A stretch of 63,994 nt of DNA, counting the filler, from Candidatus Zhuqueibacterota bacterium (lineage in GTDB: Bacteria > BS750m-G25): the NCBI GenBank assembly GCA_016783505.1. It is 3 parts of 3 records of this genome, joined end to end, with 100 filler letters (N's around TTAATTAATTAA, not from the genome) between each part and the next. Parts side by side here need not be neighbours in the genome. Positions count along the whole stretch, not along the records: positions 23,777 to 46,742 come from JADHWK010000037.1; 2 more parts are not named here. One strand, written 5' to 3'. The position numbers were made by a program, and so were the translations under genes. A model generated the notes under the pieces. The model was not told the DNA's origin, did no database searches, and saw nothing but the letters and a program-made list of their open reading frames with translations. Shown here in pieces: positions 28,123-38,473 of the stretch (within the stretch, counting starts at the first letter, position 1; each line of letters opens with the position of its first letter).

Positions 28123-30660
28123 ATGGCAAGAACAACCAAAATATTCCAACTGGCCAAGGAGATCAATCTAGGATCGGGGACAATTATCGAATTCCTCCAG
28201 GAACGAGGCTATGAAGTCTTAAGAAAGCATATGAGCCCCCTGAACGAGGAGATGGTCGAAGAGGTCATCAAGAAATTCGATCACGATAAATGGAACAAAC
28301 TGATCGAACAGCGCCAGCGGGAAAAGGAGGAGGAGAAACGGAGGGAAGAGGAAAGATTACGGGAAGAACAGCTGGCGAAAATCCTCCATGAACGCCGGGA
28401 GAAAAAGAAAGGGGTAACCAGAGAAATTACTGAAAAAGAAAAAGCCGAGAAGGCGAAGCCCACTATTCCGGTTACCACTAAACCCAGAGCCGTCAAAGAG
28501 GGAAAACCAGTCATCGGAATGGAGGTGGAACCGGCTAAGATTTCTCCCCCAACACCTACTACCCCCCCAGCCGCAAAACCTGAATCCCAAAAACCCCTCG
28601 TTGAAAAAAAACCCAAGCTTAAACCAAAGCCTAAAGAAGAGAAAGAGGAGGAGAAACCACACCCCAAGCGGAAACGTAAGAAGCGTTGGTTAAAACGCAG
28701 AAAAAGGGATGAAAAATACCGGGCTGAAGTGCTGGCCGGACCGCAGAGGTTACCCCGGCGCAAGCGAAGGCGTAAGCGTAAGGAGATCCTCCCCGCAGAG
28801 GTTGATGCAGCCATCAAAGAAACTATGGCCAGCCTGCTGGGAAGAAGAAAGGTCAAGCGCAGAAAGAAAAAAACAAAGACGGGTGAGATAGTTGAGGAGC
28901 AGGTCAATGTTATAGAAACGACCGAGTTTATATCCACGGCTGATCTGGCCAATTTACTCGACGTAGGGGTTCAGGACTTCATCAAGAAGTGCCTCGAAAT
29001 GGGCCAACTCCTCACCATCAACCAGAGATTAGACAAAGATCTTATCGTCCTGCTCGCCGCTGAGTATGGCTATGAGGTAGAATTCCTCAGCGACTTTTTT
29101 GAGGAGGAAATGGCGGCTACGGAAAGGGCTATGGGCGATGTGAACCTTCAGCTTCGGCCCCCGGTAGTCACTATCATGGGTCATGTAGATCATGGCAAGA
29201 CTTCACTTCTGGATCATATCCGACAGAGTAACATTGTGGCCGGTGAATCCGGGGGCATTACCCAGCATATCGGGGCTTATGAGATCACCCACAACGGAGA
29301 ACATATCACCTTTCTGGACACGCCTGGGCACGAGGCGTTTACCGCCATGAGGGCCCGGGGAGCCCAGATCACCGATATTGTCGTCCTGGTGGTGGCCGCA
29401 GATGATAAGGTCATGCCCCAGACCTTAGAGGCCATTGATCACGCCCGTGCAGCCGTGGTTCCCATTATCGTCGCCATCAATAAAATTGATAAGGCTAATG
29501 CCGACGTTGAGGGGACCAAAAAGCAACTGGCCGATCATAATGTTCTCATCGAGGAGTGGGGAGGAAAAATTCAGGCGATAGAAATCTCAGCCAAGTTGGG
29601 TACCGGCGTGGACACACTTCTGGAAAAGATTTCCCTCGAGGCAGAGCTAATGGAACTCAAGGCCAATCCGGACAGCCGGGCCCAGGGGGTGGTTCTTGAG
29701 GGTAAACTGGAGCGGGGAAGGGGTCCCATAGCGACCCTGCTCGTCCAGGAGGGTACTTTACACATAGGTGATAACCTGGTGGCCGGTAGCCATTTTGGTA
29801 AGGTGCGTGCCATGTTCAATGAGCGAGGAAATTTGAAAAAGGAAGCATCTCCCTCCACCCCGGTTCAGATTCTCGGATTTAACGGCACCCCCCAGGCTGG
29901 GGACCGGTTCTTCGTCCTTGAAGATGAAAAGCAAGCCAAAGAACTTACCCTCAGACGTCAGCAGATCCGCAGGGAACAGGATTTAAAACAGGTTAAATTT
30001 GTCACTCTGGATCAGATATCCGATCGCATCCGACACGGCGAAGTCAAAGAACTCCCCCTCATTATCAAAGCGGATGCGGATGGGTCCATCGAGGCCCTGA
30101 GCGACGCCCTTATGAAGATCCCCAATGAAGACGTCTCCCTCCAAATCATTCATAAAGGGGTAGGGGCCATATCGGAATCGGATGTGCTGCTCGCTTCCGC
30201 TTCCAGGGCGATCATCCTGGGTTTTCACGTGAGGCCTAACGCCAAGGCCCGGGAGCTGGCCAAAAAGGAAAAAGTGGACATGCGTCTCTATAAAGTCATC
30301 TATGAAGCCATCTCTGAGATCAGGGATGCCCTCGAAGGATTGCTGGAGCCTGAGAGGACAGAAGAAATTCTCGGCAGCCTGGAGGTCAGAGAAACCTACA
30401 GGATTTCGCAAATTGGCACCGTTGCCGGCTGTTATGTCAAGGTCGGGAAGGTGAGCCGAAAGTATCGGGTTCGTTTAATCAGGGACGATGTGGGGGTATA
30501 TGACGGCAGCATTGCTACCCTGAAGAGGTTCAAAGACGACGCTAAGGAGGTGAAAGAGGGTCTCGAATGCGGGTTAACCCTGGAAAATTATAATGATATC
30601 AAGGTGGGGGATGTCCTGGAGGTCTATCAGATCCAACACAAGAAACGTACCCTGGATTAA
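28123..30660 (+). CDS. infB: Translation initiation factor IF-2
   Basis: [26 protein letters not shown]. Confidence 0.97.
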   Translation: MARTTKIFQLAKEINLGSGTIIEFLQERGYEVLRKHMSPLNEEMVEEVIKKFDHDKWNKLIEQRQREKEEEKRREEERLREEQLAKILHERREKKKGVTREITEKEKAEKAKPTIPVTTKPRAVKEGKPVIGMEVEPAKISPPTPTTPPAAKPESQKPLVEKKPKLKPKPKEEKEEEKPHPKRKRKKRWLKRRKRDEKYRAEVLAGPQRLPRRKRRRKRKEILPAEVDAAIKETMASLLGRRKVKRRKKKTKTGEIVEEQVNVIETTEFISTADLANLLDVGVQDFIKKCLEMGQLLTINQRLDKDLIVLLAAEYGYEVEFLSDFFEEEMAATERAMGDVNLQLRPPVVTIMGHVDHGKTSLLDHIRQSNIVAGESGGITQHIGAYEITHNGEHITFLDTPGHEAFTAMRARGAQITDIVVLVVAADDKVMPQTLEAIDHARAAVVPIIVAINKIDKANADVEGTKKQLADHNVLIEEWGGKIQAIEISAKLGTGVDTLLEKISLEAELMELKANPDSRAQGVVLEGKLERGRGPIATLLVQEGTLHIGDNLVAGSHFGKVRAMFNERGNLKKEASPSTPVQILGFNGTPQAGDRFFVLEDEKQAKELTLRRQQIRREQDLKQVKFVTLDQISDRIRHGEVKELPLIIKADADGSIEALSDALMKIPNEDVSLQIIHKGVGAISESDVLLASASRAIILGFHVRPNAKARELAKKEKVDMRLYKVIYEAISEIRDALEGLLEPERTEEILGSLEVRETYRISQIGTVAGCYVKVGKVSRKYRVRLIRDDVGVYDGSIATLKRFKDDAKEVKEGLECGLTLENYNDIKVGDVLEVYQIQHKKRTLD

Positions 30661-30692
30661 AACAGTTGGCAGCAGGCAATAGGCAATAATAA

Positions 30693-30827
30693 ATGAACAA
30701 CGTTAAGATATAATATTTTGCTGCCGAGTTTTAAAGATCTAATTGTTTTATAGATAAGGCTTAAGAAGTCGGTCGTATGTTAAACCATATTACAGAGAAT
30801 CCCGAGAAATATCGCTGGAAGAGTTGA
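30693..30827 (+). pseudogene. Internally deleted four-helix-bundle gene relic between inverted 7-mer arrays
   Basis: SFKDLIV (30727-30747) joined out of frame to IDKA*EVGRMLNHITENPEKY (30750-30827); cagttgg/caatagg units on the left, gcccact/gtcaact units on the right. Confidence 0.6.
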
Positions 30828-30959
30828 ATAGATAATATTTTGGTTTAAAGGGGTTCAGATTGCCCACTGTCAACTGGTTATTGTCAACTTTAAATTTCTA
30901 ACTATAATTCTTTAATTATAAGTTATTTACAGAAATTCCGATATGTTTAGTTAATACCC

Positions 30960-31241
30960 ATGCGAGTGGGCGTCTTATCATTAGAAATATTGATTCCTGG
31001 CAGTAGTTCTTTGAAGGAAAAGCGTTTTGTCCTACGGAGTCTGAAGGATAGGATACGGAAGAAGTTTAACGTCTCAATGGCAGAGGTGGGCTACCAGGAC
31101 AAGTGGCAGCGGAGCCAGATAGCGATAGCCCTGGTCTCCGGGGACGGAAAATCCATTGACCGTAGTTTTTCCCTCCTGTTAAATTTTATTGAAACCGATA
31201 GTCATATACAGATCATTCATTATGACACCCACCGTTTTTAG
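30960..31241 (+). CDS. DUF503 (YlxP-like) protein
   Basis: SSSLKEKRFVLRSLKDRIRKKFNVS, QDKWQR; usual position between infB and rbfA. Confidence 0.9.
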   Translation: MRVGVLSLEILIPGSSSLKEKRFVLRSLKDRIRKKFNVSMAEVGYQDKWQRSQIAIALVSGDGKSIDRSFSLLLNFIETDSHIQIIHYDTHRF

Positions 31242-31272
31242 TTAAATTCAATCATATCAATTACATTTTTTT

Positions 31273-31638
31273 ATGGATTCCAAACGGGTCAGGAGGGTTG
31301 CCAACCTTATCCAGAAGGGCATCAGTGAGGTCATTCAACGGGACATCCGGGATCCCCGGATGCGTCGGCTAACCATCACCCGGGTAAAGCTAACCGCAGA
31401 TTTGAAATCGGCCCGGATCTTTTACAGCGTGTTGGGCGACCAGAAACAGAGGGATCAGACCCAGTTGGCCATGGAACGGTCGTCTTCTTACATCAGGGGT
31501 CGGCTGGCCGAAAAGATGGTCATCCGTTACCTGCCCAAGCTAACTTTTATGCCCGACGAAACCTTAGACTATGTGGATCGGATCGAGCACTTACTGGCCC
31601 AAATCAAAGAAAATGGGGATGGACTTACGCCGCCTTGA
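31273..31638 (+). CDS. rbfA: 30S ribosome-binding factor A
   Basis: RVRRVA, IRDPR, DLKSARIF, RYLPKLTF. Confidence 0.93.
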   Translation: MDSKRVRRVANLIQKGISEVIQRDIRDPRMRRLTITRVKLTADLKSARIFYSVLGDQKQRDQTQLAMERSSSYIRGRLAEKMVIRYLPKLTFMPDETLDYVDRIEHLLAQIKENGDGLTPP

Positions 31639-32575
31639 AGAGTTTTTGCTTGCCAACGATGACTTCCTCATCACCACCCACGTCAATCCGGACGGGGATG
31701 CCCTTTGCTCAGTGTTGATCTTCCACGGGCTCCTATTGGCCCTGGGCAAACGGGCCCGCGTGATTATTAATGACCGGGTATTTCCTAAATACCGCTTTCT
31801 GCCCAACAGCCATCTCATTCAACCGGTAGGTAAGCTTCCCAAGGGGGTTCAAAAGAAATTTAAACATGCGGTCATTTTAGATTGCGGGGAACTTGATCGT
31901 ATCGGCAGGGTATCCGAACTTTTAGAACCCCAGGTGAAGGTTCTGAACATTGATCACCACACCAGCAACGGTCAATTCGGGGCTTTAAACTGGGTTGACC
32001 CACAGAAGAGCTCCACTGCTGAAATGCTCTATTATCTTTTAAAGGCCCTCGGGGTGACTATTGATCGGGGTTTAGCCGAGCTTATTTTTGTGGGTGTCAT
32101 GACCGATACCGGCCGATTTCGGTTTTCAAATACCACCCAGGCCGTTTTCCAAATCGCCGGTGAGATGGTAGAATTAGGGGTTAATCCCCAACAAGCAGCC
32201 GAAAAGGTGTATTTTGAACGTTCCATCCGTGAATTAAAGGCACTGGGGAATTTCTTCCTCTCTCTGGAGCCTTTTTTCGAAGGAAGGGTATATTTGGGCT
32301 ATCTTAAAGAAGGTGAGAAGGCGATTGACACCGAGGGGTTCGCCAATTTCGCCATCACTATCAAGGGGGCGGACATGGCCGGGCTTATCCGGGGGGTGAA
32401 GCCCAACCAATTTCGGGTTAGTCTCCGGGCCCGTGATAGGCTCAGCGTCAGTCGGATTGCCGAAGCCCTGGGCGGTGGCGGACATCCCAATGCCGCCGGT
32501 TACCTGACCGAGGGTACATTGGATCAGGTCCGAAAGACCCTGCTGAAAGAAGTGGAGAAACATCTTAACCTATGA
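31613..32575 (+). CDS. nrnA: DHH family oligoribonuclease/PAP phosphatase
   Basis: HVNPDGDA, IDHH, TDTGRF, GGGGHPNAAG. Confidence 0.9.
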   Translation: MGMDLRRLEEFLLANDDFLITTHVNPDGDALCSVLIFHGLLLALGKRARVIINDRVFPKYRFLPNSHLIQPVGKLPKGVQKKFKHAVILDCGELDRIGRVSELLEPQVKVLNIDHHTSNGQFGALNWVDPQKSSTAEMLYYLLKALGVTIDRGLAELIFVGVMTDTGRFRFSNTTQAVFQIAGEMVELGVNPQQAAEKVYFERSIRELKALGNFFLSLEPFFEGRVYLGYLKEGEKAIDTEGFANFAITIKGADMAGLIRGVKPNQFRVSLRARDRLSVSRIAEALGGGGHPNAAGYLTEGTLDQVRKTLLKEVEKHLNL

Positions 32576-32677
32576 ACTCAGATTCAAAATTTCATTTTTT
32601 AGCAACCCACGAATCAATCGGGCGCCTGACCTATTTATTCGTGGGCCTTTATTAGCGACAATTCTATTTTTCACGAG

Positions 32678-32926
32678 GTGAATATGAAGAGAAAATTGAC
32701 ACTTCGTCTCGAAGAAAGCCTAATTCAACGTGCAACATCTTATTCGGAAAAGAATGGCAAGTCGGTCTCTCAAATTATTGCCAACTATTTTGCACTAATT
32801 GGTGAAGAGACATCAGAAGCGGTATCTGAACTTACTCCAGTAGTTCGCTCACTAAAGGGAGCGCTTAGAGGCGGTCAAGTTGATGAAGACGAGTACAGAC
32901 GACATCTTGAAGAGAAATACCTGTGA
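32678..32926 (+). CDS. DUF6364-like antitoxin
   Basis: KLTLRLEESLI, SVSQII.NYF, LTPVVRSLKG, YRRHLEEKY. Confidence 0.75.
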   Translation: MNMKRKLTLRLEESLIQRATSYSEKNGKSVSQIIANYFALIGEETSEAVSELTPVVRSLKGALRGGQVDEDEYRRHLEEKYL

Positions 32927-33378
32927 AAGTGCTTTTTGACACTAATGTTTTACTCGATGTGATGTTGGATCGTGAGCCTTTTGCCAATACAGAGGCACAG
33001 TTATTCTCGAGGGCGGAAGCTGGAGAAATAACCGGTTTCCTTTATGCAACGACAGTAACGACAATCCACTACCTCGCCACTAAAATTGTAGGAGCAGACC
33101 AAGCACAACTTGAGGTTGGAAAGCTATTTAAGCTTTTCGAGATTGCTCCACTCAATCGTGTTATTTTGGAGGATGCCACAAAGTTTAATTTCTCGGACTT
33201 AGAGGACGCAGTTTTGTATGAGGCAGCCCGTCACGTTGGTGCTCATGCAATTGTCACTCGGGGGGGATCTCGATGGCTTCAAGCGAGCGGTTCTACCTGT
33301 CTATTCCCCTTAAGGATTGGCCAAAATGCTCAATGCGCTCAAGGAAACTTTCAGATAAATATGTCATATAAACCTTAA
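32923..33378 (+). pseudogene. PIN-domain (VapC-like) toxin frameshifted at a G7 run
   Basis: VLFDTNVLLD, EDA, AIVTR then G7 (33260-33266); the expected DLDGFK...PVYSP tail is in another frame. Confidence 0.7.
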
Positions 33379-33384
33379 CGAACT

Positions 33385-34083
33385 TTGATCGTCACTATCA
33401 GGAATAGAAATTATGATTTCGTGGTCGGTCAGGTTTTCCCTGTTTACAAAACCCGAGGTTGGACTTCCTTCGATGTGGTCAAAAAGGTCCGATCCCTGTT
33501 AAGACTTAAAAAAGTCGGCCACGGGGGAACGTTGGATCCCCTCGCTGAGGGGGTACTGGTGGTGATGACCGGGGATGCTACCAAGCAGGCTGACCGCATT
33601 TCTGCGGGCCTGAAAGAATATATTGCCGAAATAGAGCTAGGAATAACCACCGATACCTGGGATGGGGAAGGCAAAATTCTGCAAAGAAAGGACCCTACTG
33701 GACTTTCGAAGAAACTGATCGAGAGGACCTGCCTTACCTTCCAGGGCCCTATCAAGCAACTGCCGCCCATGTACTCGGCGGTCAAAATAGGGGGACAGCG
33801 GCTCTATAAATTAGCCCGAAGGGGTCAAACGGTTGACCGGAAACCCCGATGGGTAACCATTCATGAGATTAAAATAATTGATATTGATCTTCCCACCATA
33901 AAGCTGTGGGTACGCTGCTCACGGGGGACCTACATCCGGACCTTAGCTTGGGATATAGGTCAGAAACTGGGATGTGGGGCTTTCTTAAAAGCCCTGAAGC
34001 GAACCCGGGTGGGGGATTTTTTTATAGAGGATGCTTTAACCATTGGAGAGATTGAAGCCGCTCTCAAGCGGGCTTCATCTTAA
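33385..34083 (+). CDS. truB: tRNA pseudouridine(55) synthase
   Basis: KVGHGGTLDPLAEG, PPMYSA, CSRGTYIR. Confidence 0.95.
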   Translation: MIVTIRNRNYDFVVGQVFPVYKTRGWTSFDVVKKVRSLLRLKKVGHGGTLDPLAEGVLVVMTGDATKQADRISAGLKEYIAEIELGITTDTWDGEGKILQRKDPTGLSKKLIERTCLTFQGPIKQLPPMYSAVKIGGQRLYKLARRGQTVDRKPRWVTIHEIKIIDIDLPTIKLWVRCSRGTYIRTLAWDIGQKLGCGAFLKALKRTRVGDFFIEDALTIGEIEAALKRASS

Positions 34084-34165
34084 AGAACATAGCTTTGTAA
34101 ATAAACCGCTAAAGCGGTAACTCCGCTTTCAATATGAGGGTGTTTTGGAGTGCATCGTCCGTCTT

Positions 34166-34383
34166 ATCAGTCGGGTGGGCCTGTGGCACAACTCTGAGGT
34201 TGCTGATTTCCCCTTTGTGTGATAATAAATTATCACGTTATCTCAAAGAAAGTCCGGTAACTTTGGGATTGATTACAGTATGTTTCAACATACTTTCTTA
34301 GAGTTAAGATAGGAATTTATTCCTATCAGTAGGGCGCCTGACCGATGCGATAATTCTGCAACAGGCTCGGTCACCTGACCGAT
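34166..34383. mobile_element. MITE-like element, inverted relative to 26074-26293
   Basis: atcagtcgggtgggcctgtggcacaact ... ttctgcaacaggc..cctgaccgat. Confidence 0.6.
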
Positions 34384-34572
34384 GATCATTTATCGTTTAG
34401 CGTCAACGAAGCCCGTATCGATGCCCGGTATTAGGTGTTCGTAGCCCGGTTTTGCCGAATACCGAACACCGTTATCCCAAGATGAGTCCGCACCGAAATC
34501 CCATACGGTCAGCGTCACCAATAAAACAGCTACGATTGTTGTCTAACTAGGAAAATTCCAAAACGTCCAATC

Positions 34573-35508
34573 ATGGAAATTATTACCAACTTGGATCAAC
34601 TAAGTGGATTATCGGGGACCATCGTCACCGTGGGTACCTTTGATGGGGTTCACCTGGGCCATCAGGGGGTCATCCAGCGCCTGATAACCCAGGCCTGGAA
34701 GAATGGCAGCCCCAGCGCAGTTTTGACCTTTTCACCCCATCCCCAGATGGTTATTAAATCCCGCCGCCGACCCATCAAGATCCTTACCAGCCCCGAAGAG
34801 AAAGCGAATTATCTGAAGGATGCCGGGGTGGACAAAGTGGTTATACTTCCCTTTGATGAGAAGTTCGCCCGGCTTAAGGCGGAGGATTTCGTTCGAGAAA
34901 TCCTGGTCAAAAGGATGGGAATGAAGTGCATTGTCTTAGGACCCGATCACGCTTTTGGCCGGGATCGATCAGGGGATACCCAAATGCTGAAGGATTTAAG
35001 CCAACAATATGGGTTTGAACTGGACATCCTTGATCCGGTTATGACGGAGGGGGGACGAATATCCAGCACCAAAATCCGCCATCTATTGGAGGAGGGTAAA
35101 GTGGCCCAGGCGTCCGCGTTCCTGGGACGCTTTTACTCCCTCTCCGGCAGGGTGGTAAAAAGCGAAGGCCGGGGCCGGAGACTTCAGTTCCCAACCGCTA
35201 ATTTTGAGCCCATCTGTCCTGATAAACTTATCCCCGGGGATGGGGTATATGCGGTGTGGGTGCTTTATAAAGGGGTAAAATACAAGGGCGTGGCGAATAT
35301 CGGAAGACGCCCCACTTTCAATGGGAAGGATCGGACCCTCGAAGTCCACATTCTGGATTTTGACCGGAACATTTACTGGGAAACGCTGACCATAGAATTT
35401 GTCCATTATCTGCGACCAGAAAGGAAATTCCCCTCAGAGGATCAATTAATCGAGCAAATGAAAAAAGACCGTATGGCGGCTAAAAAAATCCTCGACGAGC
35501 ATAGTTGA
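34573..35508 (+). CDS. ribF: Bifunctional riboflavin kinase/FAD synthetase
   Basis: GTFDGVHLGH, ISSTKIR, FPTAN, EVHILDF. Confidence 0.96.
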   Translation: MEIITNLDQLSGLSGTIVTVGTFDGVHLGHQGVIQRLITQAWKNGSPSAVLTFSPHPQMVIKSRRRPIKILTSPEEKANYLKDAGVDKVVILPFDEKFARLKAEDFVREILVKRMGMKCIVLGPDHAFGRDRSGDTQMLKDLSQQYGFELDILDPVMTEGGRISSTKIRHLLEEGKVAQASAFLGRFYSLSGRVVKSEGRGRRLQFPTANFEPICPDKLIPGDGVYAVWVLYKGVKYKGVANIGRRPTFNGKDRTLEVHILDFDRNIYWETLTIEFVHYLRPERKFPSEDQLIEQMKKDRMAAKKILDEHS

Positions 35509-35788
35509 AAACCGGATGATTTCGCGTTCACCCATCTCCAAATGTAACGCACCTTAGTAATATTAAGAAATTGTCTTGGTTTTTCCAACATATTTTCAAA
35601 GCAATTTATTGATATTATTTAATTTGCAATTAATTTTGAAGGCATCGCATCAATACATAGTCAGCTGAGTAAAAAAACCACCATAGTCTTATTGATATGA
35701 TATTATTGGGTTTAATGCTGTAAGACACTGTTAATATCTATACTCATTCAAGTGAATAATAGTTTAGCCTTAAAGAATAGGTAACAAA

Positions 35789-36823
35789 ATGATTAATAAA
35801 AAAAATAAAAAGAAGCCAATCTTGAAGTATTCTCTTCTTGGTTGTGGAACGCTTATAATTGCTGGAGTATTGATCTTAACTTGGTTTATTCTATCATTAT
35901 TTTCGGAATCCGACACAATAGAACTATCGCCATCTCACCCTTTTCGATCAGTTAAAGCAAAAGAAAAATATCTAAAATATTATGAAAGGAAATCGCAGAA
36001 ATGGCCAATCGATTATGAAGATCAAATGATAAAAACATCTCAAGGTGAAACTTTTGTACGTATCAGTGGACAAGACGATGCACCACCATTGGTACTTTTA
36101 GCTTCTGGAGGTGCGCCATCACTGATTTGGATACCGAATGTTAAAATGTTATCTGAAAGTTTTAAAGTATATGCGATAGACAATATTTATGATTTTGGTC
36201 GAAGTAGACATACCCAGGTCTTCAAAACACCTAATGACCTAATGATCTGGTTAGATGAGTTATTTGGCGCTCTTGAACTTGGGAATAATATCAACCTTAT
36301 GGGATTATCATATGGAGGTTGGTTAGCAAGCCAATATGCACTCCATTCTCCAGAAAAACTTCAAAAAGTTGTGTTAATAGCACCAGCAGCTACAATATTT
36401 GACCTTCCAAGTGATTGGGCATGGCGTGGAATTTTATCAGCAATTCCGATTAAAATTATAATGAAAAAAGTAATGATAGATTGGGCGTTCAAAGATTTAG
36501 TAGAAAAGGGAGATGAAGCCAGCCAAATAGTAATAAATGATATTATGAATGATGCCTTAATGGCACTAAAATGTTTTAAATTTAAGATGCCTATTCATCC
36601 AACCGTATTAAGTGACGATGAATTACATGGTATAAGCATACCCACACTTTTTTTAGTTGGTGAAAACGAAGTAATCTATTCAGCGCATGAAGCTATTGGT
36701 CGTTTAAATTCGGTGGCTCCTCAAATCAAAACAGAGATCATTCCCGATGCTGGTCATGACCTTACTATTATACAGGCAGAGTTGGTGAATAAAAAAGTTA
36801 TAGAATTTTTAAAACAACCGTAA
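35789..36823 (+). CDS. Alpha/beta hydrolase with an N-terminal membrane anchor (AT-rich, cassette-like)
   Basis: GLSYGG nucleophile elbow, GENE, AGHDL. Confidence 0.85.
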   Translation: MINKKNKKKPILKYSLLGCGTLIIAGVLILTWFILSLFSESDTIELSPSHPFRSVKAKEKYLKYYERKSQKWPIDYEDQMIKTSQGETFVRISGQDDAPPLVLLASGGAPSLIWIPNVKMLSESFKVYAIDNIYDFGRSRHTQVFKTPNDLMIWLDELFGALELGNNINLMGLSYGGWLASQYALHSPEKLQKVVLIAPAATIFDLPSDWAWRGILSAIPIKIIMKKVMIDWAFKDLVEKGDEASQIVINDIMNDALMALKCFKFKMPIHPTVLSDDELHGISIPTLFLVGENEVIYSAHEAIGRLNSVAPQIKTEIIPDAGHDLTIIQAELVNKKVIEFLKQP

Positions 36824-36939
36824 AATTCAGAGTGATGCAGAGCCACGATTTCTAAAATAGTATAGTATAAAATATTTAGTTTACTCAAAACATAAGGATC
36901 TACATGAATATAATTACTTAGAAATCTTTAATTGTAATA

Positions 36940-37070
36940 GCCTAACTTTGCATTAAGCTGACTGAAACCGCCCTGTACAAATTCGAATTTCTGGATGTCC
37001 GCAGGCAGTTTATTTAAAAGCCAATGGTCAGGTGCTCCGCAGGTTTCAGCAGCTTATGCTATCGTTATCC
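36940..37070 (+). mobile_element. Integron attC site
   Basis: GCCTAAC ... GTTATCC ends; gcattaagctgactgaaacc pairs with ggtttcagcagcttatgc, leaving extra unpaired bases. Confidence 0.75.
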
Positions 37071-37090
37071 CTCTGAAAAATGGGATCATA

Positions 37091-37465
37091 ATGCTTCAGG
37101 AGATACATCAAACCAGACAGATTCCGGGCGATCCCTTTCGAAGATGGTTCTCAGACAAAATGTTCGATTTAATCGTGTGGTACAAATCGGACAACAGCAT
37201 CCTTGGTTTTCAACTTTGCTATCGCGATGGGCCAGAGGAAAAGGCTTTGACGTGGTTGGAGGGAAAAGGTTTCGCGCACAACAGGATTGACAATGGCTAA
37301 GACCGACCTGCGCGTCACAAGATGACCCCGATCCTGGTGTCAGACGGTACCTTTGAGAAAAAACGCATTCTTGCCACATTCGAGGACAAAGCCAAAGCCA
37401 TTGATCCAGAAATCATGCGGTTTGTCATCAACGCGATTCGGAAGTATCCTTTATTCAAAGGATGA
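37091..37465 (+). pseudogene. Hypothetical cassette gene with an in-frame TAA at 37298
   Basis: MLQEIHQTRQIPGDPFRRWF...IDNG*DRPARHKMTPILVSDG...RKYP; the frame stays open after the stop. Confidence 0.7.
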
Positions 37466-37466
37466 G

Positions 37467-37539
37467 GGATAAACAAGCTTTGCCAGCGACTGCCGATTCC
37501 GCGCGCCAAATCAACAGCGCCTGAAGGCCGCCGTTAATC
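37467..37539 (+). mobile_element. Degenerate attC site
   Basis: GGATAAAC (near-complement of the upstream GTTATCC) ... GTTAATC just before the GNAT start. Confidence 0.55.
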
Positions 37540-37548
37540 ATATTTAAA

Positions 37549-38028
37549 ATGAAACTAAGACCAGCTATATCAAAAGATCAAGATTTAATCATAAACCTTA
37601 TTGACTCCGTTTATGAAGAGTATGGCGACAGGATATTTTTAGAAGGTGCCGATAAAGATTTAACTGATGTTAATTCATTTTATCGTGAAAAAGGTGGAGA
37701 ATTTATTGTTTTAGTCTGCAATGGGGAAATTTCGGGTACCCATGCAGTATTACCTAATCAAGAGAATAAAGAAGTAGTGAATTTTCGTAGGCTTTATTTA
37801 AAGCCTGAATTTCGTGGTAGACAATATGGAGAAGAACTAATGAAGTGGGCCATAGATTGGACGATTAAGCATGGTTTTAAGAAAGTCGAATTATGGTCTG
37901 ATGTGAGATTTAAAAGGGCACACAATTTTTATAAAAGATATGGTTTTAAAAAGGGTAAACATCCTCGAAAAATGTTTGATGGTGCCATGCCTTATGAGGA
38001 ATTTTTCTTCCACCTCGATCTAAAATAA
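37549..38028 (+). CDS. GNAT family N-acetyltransferase (cassette)
   Basis: RRLYLKPEFRGRQYG, AHNFYKRYGF; followed by GGTTAAC at 38047. Confidence 0.88.
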   Translation: MKLRPAISKDQDLIINLIDSVYEEYGDRIFLEGADKDLTDVNSFYREKGGEFIVLVCNGEISGTHAVLPNQENKEVVNFRRLYLKPEFRGRQYGEELMKWAIDWTIKHGFKKVELWSDVRFKRAHNFYKRYGFKKGKHPRKMFDGAMPYEEFFFHLDLK

Positions 38029-38194
38029 AATATTGTATTTAATTACGGTTAACATGGCTATCAGTAGTTCCACCCGACAAAAACCATTTTAATTTCAGAT
38101 TATATTTCTAGGCTTTGTACATACGGTTTTTGCAGATAATCGCCAAATCGTTATTTACTAATAGAAAAAATTTTTTAACAAAAGGAGGAACGTC

Positions 38195-38461
38195 GTGATC
38201 ACAAAGGAGAAAAAGGCGCAAATCATCAAGGAATATGGGGGCGGGGCTGAGAACAGCGGTGCCACCGCAGCACAGGTGGCCCTGTTGACTGAAAGAATCT
38301 GGGATCTCACTGAGCATCTGAAGATTCATAAAAAGGACCATCATACCCGCCGTGGATTACTGAAAATGGTGGGTCAAAGGAAAAGATTGCTCAAGTATTT
38401 ACAGGGAAAGGATCTTAAGTCCTATCGGGATTTAATAAAAAAGTTAAAAATTAGGGGGTAA
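38195..38461 (+). CDS. rpsO: 30S ribosomal protein S15
   Basis: [25 protein letters not shown]. Confidence 0.97.
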   Translation: MITKEKKAQIIKEYGGGAENSGATAAQVALLTERIWDLTEHLKIHKKDHHTRRGLLKMVGQRKRLLKYLQGKDLKSYRDLIKKLKIRG

Positions 38462-38473
38462 ACCCCATTTAAT

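Noticed and set aside
28300-28890. Lys/Arg/Pro-rich low-complexity stretch in infB
   Set aside because: Normal variable N-terminal region of IF-2.
28281-28952. Long antisense ORFs (also 49866-50525, 62760-63557, 17728-18276)
   Set aside because: Shadows of well-supported genes on the opposite strand, with no motifs of their own.
37298-37300. In-frame TAA at likely Glu positions (also 30762) as stop-codon reassignment
   Set aside because: TAA ends many intact core genes here (ftsH, infB, accD); both cases are in decaying accessory DNA.
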